DNA of 64,000 nt from Hormiphora californensis (Eukaryota > Animalia > Ctenophora): the NCBI GenBank assembly GCA_020137815.1, contig CM035359.1:4588001-4652000 (forward strand), written 5' to 3'. Each line of letters begins with the position of its first letter. Position 1 is the first letter of the stretch. Under the pieces are notes generated by a model. That model saw only the letters and a program-made list of their open reading frames with translations. It made no database searches and was not told where the DNA came from. The position numbers were made by a program, and so were the translations under genes. Shown piece after piece: positions 52,287 through 64,000 of the stretch.

Positions 52287-53632
52287 CAGGAAACGACCGA
52301 ACCGGGTTTTTTTCCACCGAACCGAACCGAACCGAATTTGAAAAACTTTTTTACCGAACCGAACCGAACCGAACCGAACCGAATTTCGGTAACCGAACCG
52401 AACCGAACCATACAAAACTTTTTCTGTATAAATGTTTTTCTAAAAAGTCATGGAGAGCACCGATCAAGGTATTGAGAATCATTCTCTGAAATTTTGTTAA
52501 AAAATGTTTGAAAAATTTCAAAGTCAATTTTGTGAAAAAATTTTCAAAGTCAATTTTATCGTAAATTTTCTATGTCAATTTTTGCGTACGAATCGTGTTT
52601 CGAATCGGCAATGCTATACGGGAATGGTATTGCTAATTAGCAGGATTAAACGAACCATGAATCGTGTCTCTCTAAATTTCCTAATTGGATTTGATGGGGG
52701 ATCACGTATCAGCACAATCCATCTCGGACCCACTAATTACCAACATCACTCCCGTTTAGCATTGTCGATTAGAAACACGATTCGTATACCATAATTTACT
52801 TAAAATATTTTTCACAAAAAAATTTCACAAAATTTCAGGTAATGATTCTCAATACCTTGATCGATGCTCTCCATGAATTTTTAGAGAAACATTTAATTTT
52901 GTGAAAAAACTTTGTAAAATATTTCAAAGTCAATTTCGGAAAAAAAATCTATGTCAATTTTGCCGTACGAATCGTGTTGCGAATCGGTGATGCTATGCGG
53001 CAGTGCTCTCGCTAATTAGCAGGATTTATTGAAACATGAATCGTTTCCCCTAAACTTCCTAATTAGATTTGATGGGGGATCACGTATCAGCATAATCCAT
53101 CTCGGACCCACTAATTAGCAACATCACTCCCGCTTAGCAATACCGATTCGAAACACGATTCGTACGCAAAAATTGACATAGAAATTTTCCATAAAATTGA
53201 CTTTGAAATATTTTCCAAACTTTTTTACAAAATTTCAGAGAATGATTCTTAACACCTTGATCGGTGCTATCCATGAATTTTTTGAAAAAAAAGTTTCTGA
53301 ATTTGTTGACCCTCTCATGAGGACACGATTCGACGGGAAGTCAGGTATCAAATCAATCCATATCGAACCCGCTAACTAGCGAAATCATTTCCACATAGCA
53401 CCACCGATTTGAAATAGGGTTAATACGGCGAAATTGACATTGAAATCCATACAATTTTCGTGAAATAATTGAAAAATTTTGCATGAAAAAGCCCAATTTC
53501 TGGGCATTTTTTGACCAAAAAATTCGGTGGTTCGGCCAAAATTTCCTACCGAACCGAACCGAACCGAACCGCCCAAAAAACACCGAATTTCCGAACCGAA
53601 CCGAACCGAACCGAATATTCGGTCGCTTCCTG
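52287..53632. mobile_element. Non-autonomous hAT element with (CCGAA)n subterminal arrays
   Basis: TIR caggaaacgaccgaa / ttcggtcgcttcctg; perfect 8-bp TSD gttcccgg (52279-52286, 53633-53640). The TIR is related to that of the 109-bp MITE family. Confidence 0.9.
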
Positions 53633-53654
53633 GTTCCCGGCAGACCGAGAGTTT

Positions 53655-56486
53655 GGTAGTATGGTAGTTAAGGTCGTGCGCACTTTTTGGCGCCATTTGG
53701 CGCCAAATTGGCGCCACGTGGCGCCACGTGGCGATATTTTAGCGCCAAATGGCGCCAAAATTTGGCGACTGCGCACAACCGCCAATTTGGCGCCAAAATG
53801 GCGCCAAGTTGGGTAGTCCCGCCATGGCGGTAGTCAATCGCCACATGGCAAAATTTTGGCGCCAAACACGCCATATGGCGGTCGGGAGTGGCGCCACACC
53901 ACGGGAGTGGCGCCATACATACTCTGGCGGTACTTGGATGGCGGTGGCGTGTGGCGCCATTTGTTGAATATGGCGCCAACTTATGGCGCTAACAAAAAAA
54001 CCGATTTCTGGAGTGGCGCCACACCACTGGAGTGGCGCCACATTTTAATAACTCTGGCGGTATGCAAGTGGTATGTGTGTGGCGCCAACCGTTGTCGTGG
54101 CGGTAGTCAAACGGCGCCAAACATTAGCGCCACATTAATGGCGCCACATGATAATGGCGCCACATGATCATGTGGCGCCATATGGACATTGCCGAGAATG
54201 AGCCCTTCCGTGAGCACATTTTTTGAAGTTGTCTGTGTCACCTACATAAGCCTGTCAAAACGTGTTTCGACATAGAACTCACTAGCGGCAAGCCAATTCC
54301 GGTTGTAAATCCTAGGTATAGGCCCCCTGAACATAAAAAACCAAAATGTCAGTCTCAATTATTTGGGGGAAGGTGTGTAATTAGCCCCTAATTGATTGGT
54401 AATTGAGCATAAGGAGAAAAACGCTGTATCTACCCTTAGGAAAGGAGTAGAGATAAAATTAAGGGCACCAAAGTGTTCAGTGTCCTCGCATTAGTGGGGG
54501 TAGGTGCCAGAATAAAGTCTTTATCTCATCTGGTTAATTGGATAATTGGATAATTAGACCTGCACATAGCCGTTTGCTGGCCATATGGCTATATATAGCC
54601 ATGTTAGGAAAGGAGTAGAGACACAACCGGGGGCACTGAAATGTTCAGCGTTCTCGAATTAGTGGGGGTAGGTGCTGAAATTAAGTCTATCTCATCCGGT
54701 TAATTAGATAATTGGATAATTAGGTTTAAACATAACCGTTTAAGGCTATTATATGGCTATGGAGGTGAGACACTATGTGTTGAGACGCGCACAATGCGAC
54801 AATGCGCCTCCATAGCCACGTAGGAATTGTTTAGAGACTTTTCATTGGTGCAATTTTGTAGGCAATGGCCAAGTCATGGGGGGTCGACGTCGGACTTTTA
54901 ATCTCCATCTTCAACCGTTTAGCCGTTATTTGGCTTTATAGGTGCTCAAAATTAGCAAAAAACGGTAAAAAGCCCACATTTATGGCGCCATACAAGAGTG
55001 GCGCCACATAAATGTTGGCGCCATCCAGTATACGTTAGCGCCAATAAGGATGGCGGTGGCGGTAGTCAAACAGTGCCATATGTTGGCGTTATTTTGAGTG
55101 GCGCCACTTTTTTATGTGGCGCCACTCCAGTGGTGTGGTGCCACTCCAGAAATCGGTTTTTTTGTTGGCGCCACAAGTTAGCGCCAAATTCAACAACTGG
55201 CGCCAAACCCCACCGCCATATAAGTACCGCCAGAGCATGTATGGCGCCACTTCCGTGGTATGGCGCCACTCCCGACCGCCACATGGCGATTGCAACCGCC
55301 ATGTGGTGATTGACTACCGCCATGGCGGGACTACCCCAAGTTGGCGATTTTTTGGCGCCAAATGGCGCCAAGTGGCGCCACGTGGCGATGGTAAATCGCC
55401 AAGTGTTGGCGGTATTTGGCGGTACCGCCACGTGGCGATGCGAATTTGTCTGAATAAACTGTGTCCATCGCCAAGTGGCGCCAAATTGGCGCCAAATTGG
55501 CGATAGTACCTAAAATTCCAAATATTCATAACGTCCATCAGAGGAATTCCTATCGCCAAGTGGCGCCAAATGGCGCCATGTGGCGCCAATTTGGCGCTAA
55601 ATTGGCGATTAGATACAAATAGCCAACTTAGCGCCAATTTGGCGCCAAATGGCGCTGCTTGACGCCAATTTGGCGCCAAATTGGCGATTGGACACAAATC
55701 GCCAACTTAGCGCTGCTTGGCGATTGCCGCCAACTTAGCGCCAATTTGGCGCCAAAATGGCGATTGACGCCAATTTGGCGCCAAATGGCGCTGCTTGGCG
55801 CCAATTTAGCGCCAAATTGGCGATTGGATACAAATCGCCAATTTAGCGCTAAGTTGGCGATTTGTATCCAATCGCCAATTTGGCGCCAAGTAGCGCCATT
55901 TGGCGCCAAATTGGCGCTAAATTGGCGCCAGTCGCCAAATTGGCGCCAATTTGGCGCTATGTTGGCGATTTGTATCCAATCGCCAATTTGGCGCTAAATT
56001 GGCGCTAAGCAGCACCACTTGGCGCCAAATTGGCGCCTATCGCCAAGCAGCGCCAATTTGGCGCCAAAATTGCGCCAAAGAGGTGGTTAATTTCCGCTTC
56101 TGAACGTTCCCACTCGCCAAGTGGCGCCAATTTGGCGCCAATTTGGCGCCAAGAGTGAAAAGTACATGGCGCCAATTTGGCGCCAATTTGGCGCCACTTG
56201 GCGATGGACACAGTTTATTCAGACAAATTCGCATCGCCACGTGGCGGTACCGCCAAATACCGCCAACACTTGGCGATTTACCATCGCCACGTGGCGCCAT
56301 TTGGCGCCAAAAAATCGCCAACTTGGCGCCATTTTGGCGCCAAATTGGCGGTTGTGCGCAGTCGCCAAATTTTGGCGCCATTTGGCGCTAAAATATCGCC
56401 ACGTGGCGCCACGTGGCGCCAAAATGGCGCCAATTTGGCGCCAAATGGCGCCAAAAAGTGCGCACGACCTTAACTACCATACTACC
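53655..56486. mobile_element. 2.8-kb non-autonomous long-TIR element packed with TGGCGCCA motifs (Merlin-like ends)
   Basis: Inverted ends of ~150 bp beginning GGTAGTATGGTAGTTAAGGTCGTGCGCAC; TSD gagagttt (53647-53654, 56487-56494); no credible ORF. Confidence 0.85.
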
Positions 56487-57461
56487 GAGAGTTTGGAGTT
56501 GAGTAGAGACACTAGAGTGAGTTCTGTACGGAGACAGTTCTACTGAGAGGGTTCATTTCTATTGAGTCAGTTCCTGTGATCTGAAGCATAGCCTGGCCTG
56601 AGCTTTAGTCTGAGATCCAGCCTTAGTCTAGCAATGTGGCTTACTAAGACGCAGGCGACTAAATGAGTCCCAAGACTCTGCATAGAGAGCCCCGCATTTG
56701 AGAGATGAATTCTGTACGAGATTGAGTAGAGTAGAAAGAGAGAGAAATAGTGTGGCTGCATTTATGAGTATTTTATTGTTTCGGTTTAGTTTTAGTTTTG
56801 GCTCGGAATCGGTTGTATCATTTTGTCTGTGTCAGAAACAGCAATCCACCGTTTTTGTGCGGTTGTTGATAGTCAGTCAGTACATAAAGGACTACTGCAA
56901 CACGCACAAGGTTTGCGCATAACCGTTTTTTGGTTATATGGCTATAGCCACTTAGGAATAGTTTAGAGACTTTTCATTGGTGCCATTTTGTAGGCAAAGC
57001 GAAGTTATGGGGGGTCGACGTCGGACTTTTAAGCTCTATCTTCAACCGTTTAGCCGTTATTTGGCTTTTAAGATGCTCCAAATGAGCAAAATACGGTAAA
57101 AAGCAAATAATATCTTCCTATTAAGAGTATAATGGCGATTAATATTAAATTAATATTAAGTAAAAAAAAGTAACTGGATTTGACCAACGAACTGGAGGGC
57201 AACAACGAGAGAGAATGAGTGACCTACCGCGTGATATTGTGATAATTATCTCGCACCGGCCACGAGCCGCCCCTGAAATTAGCTGACTTTGCATGAAAGG
57301 AGGGGTCTCGTCAGAAGTTTTAATCAATTGGAGAGGCGCCACTGAAAGATCCGCAGCACGATTGAGGAATTCCCTGATCTTCGCAGATCTGCCTAGCTTT
57401 GTACGCCCGATCCCAAACACCGACCTAATAATAAGGGGATTTAACGACAATTTTTGCCCAA

Positions 57462-58407
57462 ACCGGGAAAAAATGTGTAACAAGAGTTTTCCAACGCCAT
57501 TGTACTCAGAATGGACCCCTCTAACGATCCCAACCAATGCTCAAATTGAGCAGAGGGTGCTAAGGCCTCATTTCCGGGTGGGCGCGGTACCTGTGTTTTC
57601 AGCCCGAGGCCAAAACCATAGGTACCCTTAAAATAGGAGTAGAGATAAAATCGAGGGCACTAAAGTGATCAGCGTCCTCGCATTAGTGGGGGTAGGTGCC
57701 GGAATTAAGTCTCTATCTCATCAGGTTAATTATATAATTGGATAATTAGGTTTGCGCATAACCGTTTTTTGGCTATATGGCTATAGCCACTTTGGAATGG
57801 TTTAGAGACGTTTCATTGGTTCCATTTTGTAGGCAAAGCGAAGTTATGGGGGGCCGACGTCGGACTTTTAAGCTCTATCTTCAACCGTTTAGCCGTTATT
57901 TGGCTTGAACGGTGTTCAAAATCGGGCTTTTTACCGTATTTTGCTAATTTGGAGCATCTTAAAAGCCAAATAACGGCTAAACGGTTGAAGATAGAGTTTA
58001 AAAGTCCGACGTCGACCCCCCGTAACTTCGCTTTGCCTACAAAATGGCACCAATGAAAAGTCTCTTCTCCTTTCCAAAGTGGCTATAGCCATATAGCCAA
58101 AAAACGGTTATGCGCAAACCTAATTATCCAATTATATAATTAACCTGATGAGATAGAGACTTAATTCCGGCACCTACCCCCACTAATGCGAGGACGCTGA
58201 TCACTTTAGTGCCCTCGATTTTATCTCTACTCCTATTTTAAGGGTACCTATGGTTTTGGCCTCAGGTTGAAAACACAGGTACCGCGCCCACCCGGAAATG
58301 AGGCCTTAGCACCCTCTGCTCAATTTGAGCATTGGTTGGGATCGTTAGAGGGGTCCATTCTGAGTACAATGGCGTTGGAAAACTCTTGTTACACATTTTT
58401 TCCCGGT
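57462..58407. repeat. ~445-bp near-perfect inverted repeat pair of a dispersed module (fold-back)
   Basis: 57462-57906 versus 57963-58407. Other module copies at 51548-51782 + 56913-57105 and 54430-54975. Confidence 0.85.
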
Positions 58408-59409
58408 CAAGCTGAAACATCCCCTTATTATAACGGAAGAAGCAAGTGAAGTTACAGCATACGAAGTAAGTGCAGTATTATTATGGCACGAACGTTTTGG
58501 GTTGGCTCCATTGCAACCTATTCTCGCTCCGCGAAGAATAGGCTCCCGGCCTGTGGACAGCAAGAACTCACGTGCACGCGATGTAAAGCACGTTTTTCAG
58601 CAAATCCCGCGCGACAGACTGTTTTGGTAGACCTTTTTAGCTGACCTAGCACTACTCAAACGTCAATTACCGCCTCATTTCGCATCGTGATGAATCGGCG
58701 GGTATTTTCCCATGCTCACAAGGCCATGACGATTCACCCAGTACCCGCAGACTGTCCCAGGACCGAGTAGGAGCTTGCAGCCAGGTCTTAAAAGAATTGC
58801 CCATGTTTAGAGTCAATTTTGACCCACTATTCCTCAAATGCTGATACTCGCGGGTATTTTCCGTAAAACTAGAGACAATTATCTGCCAGGGGCAACAAAC
58901 GAGATGCAAATCGGTTCAGTAGTTCCTTGCAGCCAGGTCTTTGAAAAAGTTTGCTCTAAAATCAATAACGGGCCGGAGGCCTAGATGTGAGATCGATCTC
59001 GGTCGCTGCGCGACCTCGATCTCACTCAGGCATCAATGTGGCCAACGTTTTGGGATTGTAGACTTATTACAATGTTGGACAGAGACATTACATGCGTTCA
59101 ATACTCTGGGGAGAGCGAAAATAGGGCTAAGAAAAAATGATGGACATCAACGATCTCGCTACAGACAGCATGGGAAATTTAAAATTGAAATGTTTTTATA
59201 CGTTAATTGGCATGATCCCAAGAGGAAGGACTTAAGGCAGAGAGAGGCCGAATCATGTGCGGCCGTGGCAATGCTGCACTGTCTACGATACTTACTAAGC
59301 TACCATGTGAAACTAACGGACAGAGAGGAGGCCTTTCTAATTAAAAATACGATAATGAACGCTCCTCTAGATCTAGCAGAGTTGATTGATTTTGGAGATG
59401 ACTAATTAC

Positions 59410-59551
59410 CCACTCAAATTTATCCTAGTGCTATCGATACTGTGGAGAGGACCGGGGTCTGGTATACCCTCAACCATAAATTCTGTCTTCGCCCGGTTTA
59501 TCTCGAGACCAGTAGTATGTAAAATGGTACCGCTGTGACACGATTTCCGTG
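59410..59551 (-). pseudogene. LINE (RTE-like) reverse transcriptase fragment next to the gap
   Basis: GLEINRAKTEFMV matches the GLxINxxKTxxM motif downstream of YADD. Confidence 0.5.
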
Positions 59552-59651
59552 NNNNNNNNNNNNNNNNNNNNNNNNNNNNNNNNNNNNNNNNNNNNNNNNN
59601 NNNNNNNNNNNNNNNNNNNNNNNNNNNNNNNNNNNNNNNNNNNNNNNNNNN
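59552..59651. other. Assembly gap (100 N)
   Basis: Run of n. Confidence 1.
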
Positions 59652-60010
59652 CAACCACAGAAACATGAAGATGTAAGAAGGAAATTTCTCGAGGCTATTT
59701 TAACCTCTATATTGATGAAATATTAAAGGCGTATAACAGTACCAACCAAGAGAAGCAAACATTAAATGAGCGAAGCAAAGGGATTGTTGGAGAAAAATAA
59801 TTTATGTGTAAGAAAGGGAAAGAGAGGAGAGAGCAGAGGGGGGAGAGAGGAAAGAGAGGGGGAGGGGATAGTGGGAGTGAGAGAGAGATAGGGAGAGAGA
59901 GAGAGAGAGAAAGAAATAGAGCCTCAAGAGTGTTGACCCTCAAGAAACACTCTCACACACACAAACTACCTCTTGTTGGTACACAGAGAGAGGAGAGAGA
60001 GAAAGAGAGA

Positions 60011-60056
<46 letters not shown>

Positions 60057-60137
60057 AAGAGAGAGTAAGAGAGAGAGAGAGAGAGAGGGAGAGAGCGAGA
60101 GGGGGGAGAGAGGGAAAGAGAGGGGGAGAGGGATAGT

Positions 60138-60185
<48 letters not shown>

Positions 60186-60294
60186 AGAGAGAGAAAGAAA
60201 TAGAGCCTCAAGAGTGTTGACCCTCAAGACACACTCTCACACACAAACTACCTCTTGTTGGTACACAGAGAGTGAGAGAGAGAAAGAGAGAGTA

Positions 60295-60331
<37 letters not shown>

Positions 60332-60351
60332 AAGAGAGAGAGAGAAGAGAG

Positions 60352-60482
60352 AGAACTGAGAACTGAGAACTGAGAACTGAGAAAATATAAAGTTGAACAC
60401 AATGGAAATGAATCACTCAATAAACACAAAGCATCGATTATTCGGGCCCGGTCGGAATTCGAACCCGCTACCTCTTGCACAG
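60352..60482 (-). mobile_element. Truncated tRNA-derived SINE-like fragment
   Basis: B-box/T-arm gaggtagcgGGTTCGAATTCCgaccgggccc and a (TTCTCAG)n tail; no A-box or full cloverleaf. Confidence 0.45.
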
Positions 60483-63454
60483 AAATACATTTCTCGGGAC
60501 AGCTAAAAATGCTTATTGGGCGCTTGCCAGCACCAAAAATTTAATGAGATCCCTTGCCAGCGTTATTTCCAAGTGATGTCACATAATGACTTCATAATCA
60601 CGAGACATCATATGATATCATGTGACATCGCATGAAATATGACCATATATGGAAAATATGAAAAAATTCTGCGACGTCACGTGACGTCACGGTATGACGT
60701 TATAGTGTGACGTCACGTGACATCATAATCACGTGACATCATGTGACGTCATGTGACACGTGATTATGACATCACATGCCCATATATGGAAAAAAGTGGT
60801 GGAGGGAAAAAAAAAAAACAAAAAAAAAAAATTTTTTCGCCCCCACCGCCCCCTGTAAAAAACCGGGCCCAATGCCCCTCCCGCTGTCGTGCCCCGCCGC
60901 GAATTTTTGGGAAACAGTAATTAAATGTTTATTTAGCCATCCCCCTTGTTTTTTTGAAATTAAATTGAGGGGCCCAGTAATAATAAAAAATAATAAAAAA
61001 ATTTTAAAACGCTTTTTTGTTTTTGACCTAAAAATATGGAAAGGGAAAACGACGGAAACCCCGGTTTCAAAATCACTTTAAAAAAAAGGGAGAGAGAGAG
61101 AGAGGGGAGAGGAAAGGGGAGAGAGAGAGAGGAGAAGAAGGGGGAGAGAGAGAGAGAGAGAGAGGGGGAAAAATTAGAGGGAAAAGGGAGAGAGAAGAGA
61201 GAAATAAAAGGGGGGCAAAAAGGAGAGAAAAGCATCGACTTGATTTTGTGAGTCCATTTTCCACTAGTCTTCCATTTTCTGGGTGTGTCGCAAACATTTC
61301 ATGGGGTGAAACGGAGTTACGGTAAGAGTGGCGCACTCACAAAACTAAGTGAATGAACGGGGTGTAGTATGTTGGTAACGAAGATCGATCTCTATTGCTC
61401 TTATCTTTCCCTTCTCATATTATTCCCTTCTCATATTATACCTAATGTCCAATTATATACCAAATCTAAAGTTCTCTTTTGATTTAGATTCCTACCTCAG
61501 TATATATTCCCAATGCCCATATTTCTAGGGTCTTCCCGACCGTTCCCAACTGCTATTGCACTTTCGTTTCTAAATTGTAATTCTTGGAATTCTAGGTCTT
61601 TAATATCGAATATTGCGAATTCTACCTCCTATATGTTTTTTTTCCGGGTTTTCTTTTTTTTTAGAGGGGAAAGTAAAATCGGGGGGGCCCAAAACGATTT
61701 GTCACGTGACCAAACATAGCCAATGCTTGTATTCCGTGGAAAACATTGACATATTCCTTGTCTGTCAGCTGTTCGGCCCGGTGTGAGCTTACGCGAGCCC
61801 CAAAGGGGGTTTAAAGTGCCGAAAAAGACAGACTGGTTATGGCAGGGGGGAAAATGGCCTGGGCCCCATTGCAGAGATTCACCCGTGCTACATGAGATCT
61901 TCTATCGTTTTCCATGAGATTGGGAGCCACCCCGCCTCCTTAGTATTCGTTTTTTTTAAAACCCGGCCCCAGTCTTGGTAAATGAAAAGGGGGATTCAAA
62001 AAGGACTCCAGGGGGGGGAGGGGGGGGGTAGGGGGGAGGTAGCGATTTGGAATTTGGAAAGGGGGAGGGAGGGGGGAGAATTTGGATGTATGGTTTTATG
62101 GTTTTTGGGAGAAAGGAAGGGGAGGGGAGGGGGGGTTTTGGGGAGATTCGGACAGGCCTGACAGGGGGAGGGGAGGGGTTTTAAAAACGACAAAAAATCA
62201 GGACGTCCCCTTTTTAATCGCCCCCTTTCCCCTCGCGCACGGACGAGTGATTCGAACCAAGGGGTACGTCACATCTGAAAATGGGGGATTTATTTTTTTA
62301 AAAATCTATGATGGTGTCACTCTAGTAATTTTAACGTGTTGACAATCCAAACTTTAGCCGTTTTTTTCTTCGTTCTCAAAAAACATGGGTAGGATCCATT
62401 TTTCCCTTTTTGAAAAACAACCCCCCAGGACCTATCACTTATCACACACACACACCCCTTTCTCTCTCTCTCTCTTTCCCCCTCTCTATTTTCCCTCATT
62501 TCCCCCCTCCTCTCCCTCTACTCTCTCTCTCTTCCTTTTCTCTCTTTCTCTCTCTTTTTCTCAGGTCCCCTCAATGGAAAGGGGGGGAAAAAAATCTGCT
62601 GCTGTGTTTTGCGTACTGTTTCAGAAGAAGACCAATTTTTTGGAAAGAAGAAGAGAAGAAAAGAGAGAAAAAGCAAAAAAAAAAAGTGAGAGGGAAAGGG
62701 AGAATGAGAGAGAAAAAAGGGGAGAAAGAGGGGAGAGAGGAGAGAGAGAGAGGAGAGAGAAGAGGAGGAGAGAAAGGGGAGAGAAAAGAGGGGGGAGAGA
62801 GAGAAAATGATGGTGCGGGTGATGGGGGTTTTCCTTTCATTTTTCGTTTTATTTGGGGTTTCCCTGAAAACGCGACAAAGGGTCCCTTTTTTTTTTAAAA
62901 AGGATTATAATATAATCGTTTGATTTTTTAATCTCTTTGAAAGTTCTCTTGAACTTTCACCCTATATAAGACTCCATTGTCCCTTTCTCTCTCTTTCTCT
63001 CTCCCACCTCTATCTCGTTATAAGGTTACCAGCTGCGCCTAGTTGAGTGTAAATATTATATGCCTTCCCTAGTCCAATCATTGTAGCCCCTATGTTTTCA
63101 TTGTTCTGTCTCTCGCCCTCTCTATTTTTTATATCTATCTCTCCCTATCTTTTTAAAGCAACTCTCATAGACTTCTCTATCTCGACCTTTTTCTTCATGT
63201 TCTTCCTTTTCTCTCATTCGCTTGCCTTGTTTCCCTACCTCGTAACAACTACGCACTGTTTGAATATGCTGGTCGCTCGATATGTGCTATAAATATACTA
63301 TCTAGATTTTTTTTGTCGTATCGGAGTTTTTTTTATCAAGCTTCATTTCTTGAAACATATATATGGTCGGATTTTTTGAAGTTGTCACACCCTTCTCGTG
63401 CGCAGAATGTTTTTGTGCGTCACATCACATGTTAACATAACGCTGAATTTCTCT

Positions 63455-63759
<305 letters not shown>

Positions 63760-64000
63760 CACGGTTTTGACACGGTTTTGACACGGTTTTAAAATAATTC
63801 TGCACGGGTTTCCCGGTGCGTAAGAATGTTGGAGCATCAACCTGTCGACATCCAAGGACAGAGGGTGTCAGGTTGGTGCTCCAGATTCTGGGAATATAAC
63901 ACAGTAATATAACACAAAGATAATTAGTCAGGAGTGTAGTGAAGTTTGTCCTAAGTGGTGTGAGGCAGCTAAGCCGGTTAATGTCCTTTAGCAAATTTTT

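Larger units (their letters stand above)
51783..56908. mobile_element. Solo LTR (~930 bp after removing two nested insertions), Gypsy-like 4-bp TSD
   Basis: aggt|TGTGGC ... GCACA|aggt. It interrupts a repeat module whose uninterrupted form (ggataattaggtttgcgcataacc) is at 57740. AATAAA at ~51910. Confidence 0.7.

Noticed and set aside
53353-56546. Many overlapping ORFs rich in WRQ/LAP/GAK
   Set aside because: Translations of TGGCGCCA and CCGAA repeat arrays on both strands.
60430-60500. tRNA gene
   Set aside because: Only a T-arm/B-box is present, with no D-arm/A-box or acceptor stem; treated as a SINE fragment.

Overview
Repeat-rich, intron-dense animal genomic DNA from a draft assembly, with two 100-N gaps and three homopolymer-corrupted low-quality stretches. 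The repeat content is reminiscent of a ctenophore-type draft genome, but the species cannot be established from this window. Two spliced host genes can be reconstructed by hand with consistent exon phases. (1) A minus-strand class C GPCR (mGluR/CaSR family; 20 exons at 830-~9240; start codon lost in bad sequence, TM7 exon outside the window). It keeps the alpha-amino-acid binding residues, lacks the glutamate-specific Arg/Lys, and has lost both cysteines of two conserved disulfides, including the VFT-CRD bridge. (2) A complete 9-exon plus-strand gene (43845-46913, ~361 aa) encoding signal peptide + kringle + single laminin-G domain + GPI-type tail. The rest is transposon-derived: a 5'-truncated but open L2/CR1 LINE inside a Tc1/mariner-type element, an ORF1-only LINE derivative, four non-autonomous Helitron copies, a Penelope-like remnant with inverted repeats carrying hammerhead-ribozyme cores, hAT/piggyBac/Kolobok/Harbinger/Merlin-like non-autonomous elements, a Crypton-like element, a multi-level nested insertion at 51.5-58.4 kb, satellites and several isolated palindromes. 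All assignments come from manual motif reading; no searches were run.
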